In this document: positions 19,588 through 29,400 of the stretch, piece by piece
Layout of the letters: every line of letters begins with the position of its first letter
Numbering within the stretch: position 1 is the first letter of the stretch
Source: a virus
Lineage: Duplodnaviria > Caudoviricetes
IMG/VR virus record: IMGVR_UViG_3300027813_000007
Span: 35,701 to 99,700 of that record
Direction: 5' to 3' (one strand)
DNA: 64,000 bases
Program-made: the position numbers and the translations under genes
The notes under the pieces: generated by a model
The model's database searches: none
What the model was told of the DNA's origin: nothing
What the model saw: the letters and a program-made list of their open reading frames with translations, nothing else

Positions 19588-20724
19588 ATGAAAATAAAGT
19601 TAGAATATATATGGTTGGACGGGTATAGTCCCGAACCAAACTTAAGAAGCAAGGTAAAAGTAGTTGACGCTAAATTACATGAAGTAAAAGGTAAGAAATT
19701 ACATGGAGTATCATTAAATGATTGTCCTCAATGGGGTTTTGACGGTTCATCGACTAAACAAGCGGAAGGTAACTTTTCAGACTGTACTTTAAATCCTGTT
19801 AGGTTATACCCTAACCCACTTAATAAAGGTATGTTGGATTCTTATCTTGTCTTTTGTGAGGTACTTAATACTGATGGTTTACCACACGATTCAAACACTA
19901 GAGCTTTACTAGGTGGTGATGATGAAACTGATTTATGGTTTGGATTTGAACAAGAATATACAATTATGAAAGAAGGAAAACCGATTGGTTTCCCTAAAGA
20001 TGGTTTCCCTGAACCACAAGGTAAATACTATTGTGGTGTTGGTAATAGTCAGGTTAACGGTAGACTTTTTGTTGAACAACATATGGAAAACTGTATTATG
20101 GCAGGTATCGAAATTACGGGTACAAATGCTGAGGTAATGTTAGGTCAATGGGAATATCAAGTACTCGGAAAAGGTAAATTAAAGTCAGGTGATGACTTAT
20201 GGGTTTCAAGGTACATATTAAATCAAATGTCTGAGGACTATGGATTTAATATTGAGTATCACCCTAAACCGGTTACTGGCGATTGGAATGGTTCGGGACT
20301 ACACTGTAACTTCTCAAATACAAAAATGAGAGAAGAAGGTGGAAAAACTTACTTTGATTCAATCTTTAAAATATTTGAATCAAGACATATGGAACATATT
20401 AAGTGTTATGGTTCATCTAATGATATGAGATTAACAGGTGAACATGAAACACAATCAATACATAAGTTTAGTTGGGGAGTATCTGACCGAGGGGCGTCTA
20501 TTAGAGTCCCAATATCAACTGAAAAAGAATGGAAAGGATATGTTGAAGATAGAAGACCCGCATCAAATGCGGACCCTTATCGAATAATTGATATTATTAA
20601 TGAATCTATTATTCATGCGGAAGAGTTACATAAGACCTTACACAATATGTATAGTAACGTAAAAGTAAGTGATGAGGTTAAAGAAATGATTCTGACTGAA
20701 CCATTAGAAAGAGATACTGAGTAA
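19588..20724 (+). CDS. glnII: glutamine synthetase type II (auxiliary metabolic gene)
   Basis: LEYIWLDG, LRSK, WGFDGSST, WFGFEQEY, NAEVMLGQWE, HPKP..GDWNGSGLHCNFS, DRGASIR, EDRRPASN. Confidence 0.93.
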   Translation: MKIKLEYIWLDGYSPEPNLRSKVKVVDAKLHEVKGKKLHGVSLNDCPQWGFDGSSTKQAEGNFSDCTLNPVRLYPNPLNKGMLDSYLVFCEVLNTDGLPHDSNTRALLGGDDETDLWFGFEQEYTIMKEGKPIGFPKDGFPEPQGKYYCGVGNSQVNGRLFVEQHMENCIMAGIEITGTNAEVMLGQWEYQVLGKGKLKSGDDLWVSRYILNQMSEDYGFNIEYHPKPVTGDWNGSGLHCNFSNTKMREEGGKTYFDSIFKIFESRHMEHIKCYGSSNDMRLTGEHETQSIHKFSWGVSDRGASIRVPISTEKEWKGYVEDRRPASNADPYRIIDIINESIIHAEELHKTLHNMYSNVKVSDEVKEMILTEPLERDTE

Positions 20725-21092
20725 TGGAAAAAAATCACTTAAAAAATAAAGAAGAGTATCTTTTACCTAAAGAAGTGTTAACCCATGTTAACACCTTAAT
20801 AGGTAAAGGAGCTCACACTTTATCAACAGTTATTGAAACTGACTTCTACAGTGAAGAATCATTAAAAAGGTTATTGGAGAATAATAGTTTAGTGTGGTCA
20901 CATAAGAAATTTGATGGGTTTAATGTATCTTTAAATGAGGGACTTATTAAATTTAATGACACATTAAGTTATTTATATTTTATTAAACGAAAAGATGAGA
21001 ATACTTATAAGTTCTATACTATATGTGAAGAAAGTTCGTCTGATAGTATGATATTTTTCTTACAAAGTTATAAAAAATTTAAAACAATATAA
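20724..21092 (+). CDS. hypothetical protein
   Basis: 122-aa ORF. Confidence 0.6.
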   Translation: MEKNHLKNKEEYLLPKEVLTHVNTLIGKGAHTLSTVIETDFYSEESLKRLLENNSLVWSHKKFDGFNVSLNEGLIKFNDTLSYLYFIKRKDENTYKFYTICEESSSDSMIFFLQSYKKFKTI

Positions 21093-21093
21093 A

Positions 21094-21411
21094 ATGAGAG
21101 TATTAGATTCTAAAGAATTAAAAGAAAAAATTAACAGTGGTGAAAAATTTATTGTTGATATGTACGCGGATTGGTGTGGACCATGTAGGGTGTTAGGAAA
21201 AGTTATTGAAAAAGTTAGTGATAAATTAGTTAGTGAAAATCATGAAGTTAGTATATATAAATTTAATATTGAGTCGGACAATGAAATGGCTGCTTCATTA
21301 AATGTTAAGTCAATACCTTTTTTAATAGCATTTAAAGATGGTAAAAGTGTTACTACTAAAGTTGGTATGGTACCAGAAAGTCAAATTATGGAAATGGTTA
21401 ACTTAATTTAA
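21094..21411 (+). CDS. trxA: thioredoxin
   Basis: WCGPC active site, SIP cis-Pro loop, FKDG. Confidence 0.92.
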   Translation: MRVLDSKELKEKINSGEKFIVDMYADWCGPCRVLGKVIEKVSDKLVSENHEVSIYKFNIESDNEMAASLNVKSIPFLIAFKDGKSVTTKVGMVPESQIMEMVNLI

Positions 21412-21433
21412 TAAATGATGTAATAATATTAAA

Positions 21434-21718
21434 ATGAAAAAAGTAATACTTTACACAATGAAAGGATGTTCACATTGTGATGACATGAAAGAAAGTTTAA
21501 AAAAATCAAAAATTAAATTTATTGGTAGAGATATTGATAAATATAAAAAAGAGTATGATTTATTTGTTGAAGCGACAGGTAATGAATTTATACCTGCCTT
21601 TATGTTATTATCGGTTAACGAAAAAAATGAAACATCAGATGTTGTTTTAATGGTTCCTGATGATGACTTCGAAGATATTAATGAGGCGATGGTGAAAGTG
21701 AAACAATACTTAAAATAG
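21434..21718 (+). CDS. glutaredoxin-like protein
   Basis: LYTMKGCSHC; FIP loop. Confidence 0.8.
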   Translation: MKKVILYTMKGCSHCDDMKESLKKSKIKFIGRDIDKYKKEYDLFVEATGNEFIPAFMLLSVNEKNETSDVVLMVPDDDFEDINEAMVKVKQYLK

Positions 21719-22576
21719 TATCATTTCACCAACCTTATCTTTTATTTTCCAAACGTTGTGAGTACTAATAATTTCTTCTTCGAAATTATACTCATTTAAA
21801 TCCCATCGACTAATAATATCATTAGGGTTAAATGTAAATAAATCTAATATTAACGACTCTAACCATTCGGTGCTAGTAATTAAAGTATTCGATGTTACTT
21901 TAATAGTTAAATTCTCCCAACTAATTAAATCGAATTCGGACTCACTAAAGAACTCAACAGTTAAATCACTACACAATCCTCTTTCAAAAATATTATAAAC
22001 AATATAATTAAAGTACGACTCAAAAATTTTACTACTTTTTAAATTTTTACCATAATGTTGAGATGATTGAAATGTTTCAATAAGATTATTATTTTTGATA
22101 ATAACATAATCTTTAAAATTTTCTAAAACATCACCTACCGTTTCCTTATTAAAGTCATTCTTAGTTAAAATAAGATTTAGATTTGTACACGCGGTAAATC
22201 TATAGTCCTTACCATCCAAAGTATCTTCGTAGGTTTGTTTTTTTATTGACTCGATAAAATTATTTTTATTAAATGTTTTTTTAAAATAAATTGGTTCCTC
22301 AGAAATATTTTGACCATACTCAACTAGGTCAATAACATTTAAGTTTATTTTTCTACTAAATAATTTTTCATAATATGAAATAAATAATTTAGATAAATTT
22401 ATAGGTGTTTTATGAGTGGTATTACCTCTAACCACGATAAAGTTACCGTTATTGATTAGTTGTATGTTTGTTTTATGGTTTTTTGTTTCCTTATCTATCT
22501 CAGTAATTACTTTATTTACTAATAAATTTGCAAGATTTTCACCTCTTGAATAAGTTTCAATTATATAGTTTGACAT
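21710..22576 (-). CDS. degenerate S-adenosylmethionine synthetase (MetK)-like protein
   Basis: segments align by eye with MetK N- and C-domains (GNFIVVRGNTT; YGKN..YIVYNIFERGLC; LFTFNPNDIISRWDL); catalytic GHPDK and GGGAFSGKD motifs altered. Confidence 0.5.
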   Translation of the reverse strand: MSNYIIETYSRGENLANLLVNKVITEIDKETKNHKTNIQLINNGNFIVVRGNTTHKTPINLSKLFISYYEKLFSRKINLNVIDLVEYGQNISEEPIYFKKTFNKNNFIESIKKQTYEDTLDGKDYRFTACTNLNLILTKNDFNKETVGDVLENFKDYVIIKNNNLIETFQSSQHYGKNLKSSKIFESYFNYIVYNIFERGLCSDLTVEFFSESEFDLISWENLTIKVTSNTLITSTEWLESLILDLFTFNPNDIISRWDLNEYNFEEEIISTHNVWKIKDKVGEMILF

Positions 22577-22715
22577 ATTGTACGACTTTAAAATATTTAT
22601 TAATTGTATTATATGAAAAAAAAGTTGAATGATAAATACAAATAGGTATTTAAAACCGTTAATAAACTTTTTTGTGAGTATTTATAAAGTAAGATAAATC
22701 TTTTTAATTAGACGA

Positions 22716-25700
22716 ATGGCTAAAGACATTAAAATTGTACCACAACCGACAGGTACGACACTACCTTATATAATTTTTGAAAACACTAGTGGTGACATTA
22801 TTTCGTTGAATGTTAATAATGATGGTACTTTAGAATTTTCAGGTCAAACTCACGGTGGTAATTTAGTAGTTATTGGTGAGGATAGAACAAATATAAAAGG
22901 TTCGATTCGTTTGAGTAATGATATGTCATTTAATGGTGTTAGTACTATTACTGATACTGGAGGGTGGAAAGGAAGTGTCGTAGGTCTTAAAGGTAATATT
23001 GGACCCACAGGTGGTAGTGCCAATAAGGGTGAGCAAGGTATAACTGGTGGTGGTGGACCTATAGGTCTACAAGGTGCCGTAGGTTTACAAGGTTCAAAAG
23101 GAGCTAAAGGTGTACAAGGTGGTCGAGGAACACTTGGACCTATCGGTACATCCATAGTTGGTGAGGATGGTGATAAAGGATTAAAAGGTTTACAAGGACC
23201 AACATCAGGAGATAAAGGTAATCGTGGACCTACAGGTTCAACAGGTTTAAAAGGTGAGGTTGGTTTAAAAGGTGTTATAGGTGGTATAGCACAAACAGGT
23301 CTGATTGGTATACAAGGTGATGACTCTGATAAAGGTATTGTTGGTGATAAAGGTAGTAAGGGACTTAAAGGCCCACAAGGACCAAAAGGAGTCAAAGGTA
23401 TTAAAGGGTTAGAAGGTCAAAAAGGAATAATTGGACAACAAGGGCCAGTTTCTGAAGATGGGGTTATTGGGTATAAGGGTCTTAAAGGAGTGAAAGGACC
23501 ACAAGGACTAAAAGGACCTAAAGGTATAGATGGACCACAAGGACCAATAGGTCTAACATCATCAAAAGGACCAATAGGCCCACAAGGGCCAAAAGGACCT
23601 ACGGGTTTAAAAGGTTTAAAAGGTATTATAGGTATAAAGGGAGTAAAAGGGGTAAAAGGGGTAAAAGGAGTTGACGGACCAAAAGGGTTAATCGCTACTT
23701 CAGGAGACAAAGGACCACAAGGACCTTTAGGGACTAAAGGTGTTGAAGGAAATAAAGGAAATAAAGGATTAAAAGGAGTAGAAGGGACAAAAGGACCAAA
23801 AGGGTTTCAAGGTAATCAGCCGAATCCGAGTACTCAAGGGACCCAAGGTAGTCAAGGAATTCAAGGAGCAACATCAGTAGATGTGGGACCTATAGGTAAT
23901 AAAGGATTAAAAGGGGTTAAAGGTTTAAAAGGACCTAAACCAGGTAGAGGGATACAAGGACTACAAGGTAATATTGCTACTCAAGGACTAATAGGACCTA
24001 TCGGACCTAAAGGTGATGACATTGGAGATAAAGGACTTAAAGGAGTTAAAGGTAAAAAAGGAGTTAAAGGGATTGAAGGTGGTGATGGTCAAAAAGGTCA
24101 AAAAGGTCTTATTGCCCCACAAGGACCAACAGGTTTAAAAGGTTTAAGTGGTCCAATTGGGCCTAAAGGACCAAAAGGTAATAAAGGAGTTATTGGACCA
24201 AAAGGGCCGAAAAATGTTCAGGGTTCTATAGGTAATATAGGTAACCAAGCTATCGTAGGTAATAAAGGTGGACGTGGAGTAACTAGTAGTGACATCGGAA
24301 ATAAAGGTACTCAAGGTATTAAAGGTATTAAAGGTCTTAAAGGACCACAAGGACCTAATGGTCCTCAATCAAGTAATGGTATACGAGGAAATCAGGGACC
24401 ACAAGGTGATGGGACTAATCAAGGTCCAACATCAACAGATAAGGGACCTAAAGGTTTAAAAGGATTAAAGGGTCTGTTTTATACTGGTGCGGGACCTGTA
24501 GGTTTAAAGGGAGCACAAGGTCCAATAGGTGAAACAGGACCAAAAGGGTCGATAGGTAACACTGGAATATCCTCATCTAAAGGTCAAAGAGGCCCACAAG
24601 GTGACTTAAAAGGGTTAAAGGGTATAAAAGGACCGCAAGGAGGAACATCTTTAGATAAAGGTCAAAGAGGTTCACAAGGGGGTATAGGTGTACAAGCAGC
24701 CAAAGGACCAACAGGTTTAAGTAATAATGTAAGAGGTTTAACTGGTGACCAAGGTTTAATTGGGCCACAATCTACCGATAAAGGACAAAAAGGTCCACAA
24801 GGTGGATTGGGTAACCAAGCTCAAAAAGGTCTTAAAGGACCACAAGGCCCAACTAACTCAACTAAAGGACTTAAAGGACTTAAAGGGATTAAAGGTAAAA
24901 AGGGGACACAAGGAACAGGAGGACAACAAGGACCAAAAGGTACTACTTCAACAGTAAAAGGACAAAAAGGTATTACTGGAACTATCAAAGGTATTAAGGG
25001 TCTTAAAGGAGTAAAAGGACCAAAAGGTAATCAAGGGTCATTAGGTCCACAAGGAAGTATTGGTAATACCTCAACAGTAAAAGGTTTTATAGGACCAACT
25101 AACTCAACTAAAGGTATTAAGGGTCTTAAAGGAGTAAAAGGACCAAAAGGTAATCAAGGGTCATTAGGTCCACAAGGTGCAAGAGGGGTCGCTTCCACAG
25201 TAAAAGGTTTTATAGGACCAACTAACTCAACTAAAGGTATTAAGGGTCTTAAAGGAGTAAAAGGACCAAAAGGTAATCAAGGTACTCAAGGAGTAATAGG
25301 TTCACAAGGGTCAGCTTCAACATTAATGGGGCCAACAGGTCCAACTAGTAGTGAAAGAGGACCACAAGGACCACAAGGAGTTGATGGACCAAAAGGATTA
25401 AAAGGTTTTCGAGGACCACAAGGGGTAATAGGTGCAACTTCAACAGTAAAAGGACCACAAGGTCCAACTAACTCAACTAAAGGACTTAAAGGACTTAAAG
25501 GGATTAAAGGTAAAAAGGGGACACGAGGAACTATAGGTACACAAGGTGTGAGAGGTTTAATTGCGGGAGTAGGAGATAAAGGACTTAAAGGTCTTAGAGG
25601 TGTTTTAGGTCCACAAGGAGCAGTTGGACCACAAGGTTTAATTGGACCTCAATCTGCTGGAGGTGGTATCGGAGATACTGGACCTACAGGACCTAAAGGG

Positions 25701-26465
25701 CCAACTTCAACAGTAAAAGGATTTAAAGGACTTAAAGGAATTAAAGGACCACAAGGTAGTAGTGGTCAACAAGGATATCAAGGACCAACCGGAAATAATT
25801 CAACGGTTAAAGGGTATAAGGGACCACAAGGAACGGAAAAAGGTTTAAAAGGTTTAAAAGGGCAAACAGGACCCACAAGTACTGACAGAGGTCTACAAGG
25901 ACCACAAGGAACTAATTCAACCACTAAAGGTCCACGAGGTCCACAAGGACTAACTGGTGGGGGAGGACCAATAGGGCCAAAAGGTACCCAAGGTACAGCT
26001 GGAAGTATAGGACCAATAGGTAAAACAGGACCACAAGGTGTACAAGGTTCAAATGGTGGAGGAGGTTTAGGTGGTCCAACAGGTCCAATTGGTTTAATCG
26101 GCCCACAAGGTCTACAAGGTCCACAAGGTCCACAAGGACCGGCATCGGATAAGAGATTAAAAAATAATATTAAAACACTTAAAGGTAATTTAAGTAAATT
26201 AAAATTAATTAATGGGGTTAAGTTTACATGGAAAGGTGATGTTACTAAGTTTGATGGTGGAATAGGTAACGATATTGGATTTATTGCTCAAGATATTAGA
26301 GAAGTAATACCTGAAGTAGTATTTACTAGTGAAAGTGGTTACCTAAAACTTGAGTACGGCAAACTAGTGTCTATTGGTATTGGTTCTTTACAGGAACAAA
26401 ATACACGTATAGATAAAATAAAACTCAGAATTAACTTATTAAAATCAGAAATTTTAAATGGGTAA
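22716..26465 (+). CDS. giant collagen-like fibre protein A with C-terminal S74 intramolecular chaperone
   Basis: Gly-X-Y from aa ~90 to ~1143; [21 protein letters not shown]. Confidence 0.9.
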   Translation: MAKDIKIVPQPTGTTLPYIIFENTSGDIISLNVNNDGTLEFSGQTHGGNLVVIGEDRTNIKGSIRLSNDMSFNGVSTITDTGGWKGSVVGLKGNIGPTGGSANKGEQGITGGGGPIGLQGAVGLQGSKGAKGVQGGRGTLGPIGTSIVGEDGDKGLKGLQGPTSGDKGNRGPTGSTGLKGEVGLKGVIGGIAQTGLIGIQGDDSDKGIVGDKGSKGLKGPQGPKGVKGIKGLEGQKGIIGQQGPVSEDGVIGYKGLKGVKGPQGLKGPKGIDGPQGPIGLTSSKGPIGPQGPKGPTGLKGLKGIIGIKGVKGVKGVKGVDGPKGLIATSGDKGPQGPLGTKGVEGNKGNKGLKGVEGTKGPKGFQGNQPNPSTQGTQGSQGIQGATSVDVGPIGNKGLKGVKGLKGPKPGRGIQGLQGNIATQGLIGPIGPKGDDIGDKGLKGVKGKKGVKGIEGGDGQKGQKGLIAPQGPTGLKGLSGPIGPKGPKGNKGVIGPKGPKNVQGSIGNIGNQAIVGNKGGRGVTSSDIGNKGTQGIKGIKGLKGPQGPNGPQSSNGIRGNQGPQGDGTNQGPTSTDKGPKGLKGLKGLFYTGAGPVGLKGAQGPIGETGPKGSIGNTGISSSKGQRGPQGDLKGLKGIKGPQGGTSLDKGQRGSQGGIGVQAAKGPTGLSNNVRGLTGDQGLIGPQSTDKGQKGPQGGLGNQAQKGLKGPQGPTNSTKGLKGLKGIKGKKGTQGTGGQQGPKGTTSTVKGQKGITGTIKGIKGLKGVKGPKGNQGSLGPQGSIGNTSTVKGFIGPTNSTKGIKGLKGVKGPKGNQGSLGPQGARGVASTVKGFIGPTNSTKGIKGLKGVKGPKGNQGTQGVIGSQGSASTLMGPTGPTSSERGPQGPQGVDGPKGLKGFRGPQGVIGATSTVKGPQGPTNSTKGLKGLKGIKGKKGTRGTIGTQGVRGLIAGVGDKGLKGLRGVLGPQGAVGPQGLIGPQSAGGGIGDTGPTGPKGPTSTVKGFKGLKGIKGPQGSSGQQGYQGPTGNNSTVKGYKGPQGTEKGLKGLKGQTGPTSTDRGLQGPQGTNSTTKGPRGPQGLTGGGGPIGPKGTQGTAGSIGPIGKTGPQGVQGSNGGGGLGGPTGPIGLIGPQGLQGPQGPQGPASDKRLKNNIKTLKGNLSKLKLINGVKFTWKGDVTKFDGGIGNDIGFIAQDIREVIPEVVFTSESGYLKLEYGKLVSIGIGSLQEQNTRIDKIKLRINLLKSEILNG
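24849..25524 (+). repeat. 123-nt-period internal repeat in collagen A; 61-nt exact duplication 615 nt apart
   Basis: CCAACTAACTCAACTAAAGG at 24849, 25095, 25218, 25464. Confidence 0.85.
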
Positions 26466-29400
26466 AGATATTAAAATAAACCCAACAGGGGGGACTATAA
26501 ATTTTTCAGGTGCTAGTAGTACTAAGATTAGTATTGATTATAGTGGCGGTGAATTAAATTTTAACACTCATTTAGGTAATGACTTTAAAATAAGTTCAAA
26601 CTTAGAGCTTGACAACATGAAGTTCATGCCTTCCGATTCGGTACAAATGGGAAATGGTAACGAATTAATTGATAATTTAGGTAATTGGAAAGGTTACCCT
26701 GTAAATTTACCTGGAACTAACGGAGATAAAGGTTTAAAGGGGTTATTAGGTAATAAAGGTGTACAGGGTAGTCAGGGTACACAAGGTATACGTGGTGAAC
26801 AAGGGTTAAAAGGTAATTTCGGTGACGATAAAGGTATTGTTGGAGATAAAGGATTTAAGGGTCTTAAGGGTACTAAGGGTAAAAAAGGTCCACAAGGAAC
26901 ACAAGGGACAACAGGTATAAAGGGGTTACGAGCATCAACAGGAGATGCAGGTCTACCGGGCCCTGATTCACAAAAGGGTTCTGTTGGACCAAAAGGTTTA
27001 AAAGGTTTAAAAGGTTTAAAAGGGTTAAAGGGGTTAATTGGTATTTCAGTCAATGGACCTACTGGTCTTGTTGCCAGTAAAGGGAGCCAAGGTCCTGTAG
27101 GGACTAATAAAGGAGAAGTTGGACTCAAAGGCACTGTAGGTATTAAAGGACCAAAAGGGTTATTAGGTCCACAAGCTAGTCAAGGGACTGATGGGTTAAA
27201 AGGTGACTTGGGAGATGAAGGACTCAAAGGGCTTACTAGTGATGATAAAGGTATTAAAGGTATAAAAGGATTAAAAGGATTAAAAGGACCTAAAGGGTCT
27301 AAAGGTCTTGATACGGATGACGGATTAAAAGGTGATGTAGGTCCAAAGGGTTCTGTTGGTGTAGACGGACCTATAGGTGATTTAAAAGGACCAAAAGGAC
27401 AGATTGGAGTTGTTGGACCTAAAGGGTTTAGAGGGAGTAACGGTTTAATTGGTGACTCACCTAAAGGTACCTTAGGTTCAGGAGGAGACAAAGGACCAGT
27501 AGGTAATAGAGGTATAACGTCTACAGATAAAGGTAGTAAAGGACTTAAAGGTCAGATAGGTAGTAAAGGGATTATCGGAGTAAAGGGACTTAAAGGTTTA
27601 ATTGCGTCACAAGGTAGCCAAGGACCAAAAGGTCCTATCGCAGACACTGGAGATATTGGTAATAAAGGTGATAAAGGATTAAAGGGGTTAAAAGGTAAAA
27701 AAGGTTTATTAGGTAATCAAGGACCACAAGGAAGCGTTGCCGACCAAGGACCAAAAGGACCAATTTCAGCAGATGGGGAAGGGGCCGACAAGGGTATTAA
27801 AGGTATAAAAGGAGTACAAGGACCAATAGGGCCAAAAGGTATTGATGGTTTGAAGGGACCGCAAGGTTCTACACCAACAGCTACATTAATAACTGCCAAT
27901 AGGAACTTACATTTAGATGCTACAGACCCGTTAAGTTATTCCGGAAGTGGAACATCGTGGTTTGACTTGTCATCAAGTAACAATGACGCAACATTAGTGG
28001 GTGGAGTTAACTTTAATGACACTAACTACATGGATTTTGACGGTGTTGAAGGCTCTTACGTACAATTAAGTTCTCAATCCACTATGAGTCGTAGTTCATC
28101 AACGATATGTATAGAATTATATAAAGACATCAGTAATAGTACTTTATTATGGGGTACCAATTATACTAATATGGTAGAAGTGAGAACGGGTTCTTTTTAT
28201 AGTGAGACAGCATCTAACTGCAATTATTTTAATTCGCCCGGGTTTACTTTTAATAACTCACAATGGTACCAATATACTATAGTTTTTAATAGTAGTAGTG
28301 CTTATCACTATATTGATGGTGGATATATAGGAGAAACCCCAAGTTACGGTAATGATAATTGTGGACCTGCAGTTACTTCATTAGTCGCTGATTTTGATTG
28401 GACTAGAATTGGTGAATCATCGGCATACAACCCTAACTTTAATGGTAGAATACGAAGGTTAATTCAATATACTACAGCATTTACCGCCGAACAAGTTTTA
28501 CAGAACTATGAGGCGATGTTAACATTACCTGGTGACCGTGGAGAAAAGGGTCAACGAGGTCCACAAGGAAATAAGGGTAATAAAGGACTTAAAGGTCTTA
28601 AGGGACTCAAAGGCGTAAAAGGACCTGGAGGCGATAAAGGTCTAATAGCTACACAAGGCCCAAAGGGTCCGATAGGTACTGATGGTGACCAAGGACCTAC
28701 AGGTAATAAAGGACTTAAAGGTTTTAAAGGTGAAAAAGGTCTTAAAGGTTATAAGGGTATTAAAGGTGTACAGGGACCAAAAGGTTTAATTGCTCCTTCA
28801 GGTGACCAAGGACCTATCGGACCCGATAGTACTAAAGGGTTAAAAGGATTAAAAGGGGCTGTAGGGTTTAAAGGGTTTAAAGGTAAGAAAGGATTAGAAG
28901 GACCAAAAGGGATTAAAGGTCTGAAGGGAGTAATAGGTGATAAAGGATTAATTAGTACGTTATCGGGACCAACAGGTACAAAAGGAGTTAAAGGTATTCG
29001 TGCGACTGACGGAGATAAAGGTTTTAAAGGTGTAAAAGGGTTTAAGGGACCACAAGGTGACGTAGGTAATAATTCTACAACTAAAGGTTATAAAGGATTA
29101 GAAGGACCAAAAGGTTTAAGGGCTACGGATGGATTAAAAGGTTCTAAAGGTTTAAAAGGTAGAAAAGGGATATTAGGTGATTTAGGACCACAAGGAACTA
29201 CTACAGGTCCAACAGGACCAACAGGTCTTCAGGGACCAACAGGTCCAATCGCATTTAAAGGATTAAAAGGACTAAAAGGTACAGACGGGAATATTGGACC
29301 AAAAGGACCAAAAGGGCTTATAACCCCATCATCAGGACCAATAGGTCCACAAGGAGATAATGGTCCAGCCGCGTTTAAAGGATTAAAAGGATTAAAAGGT

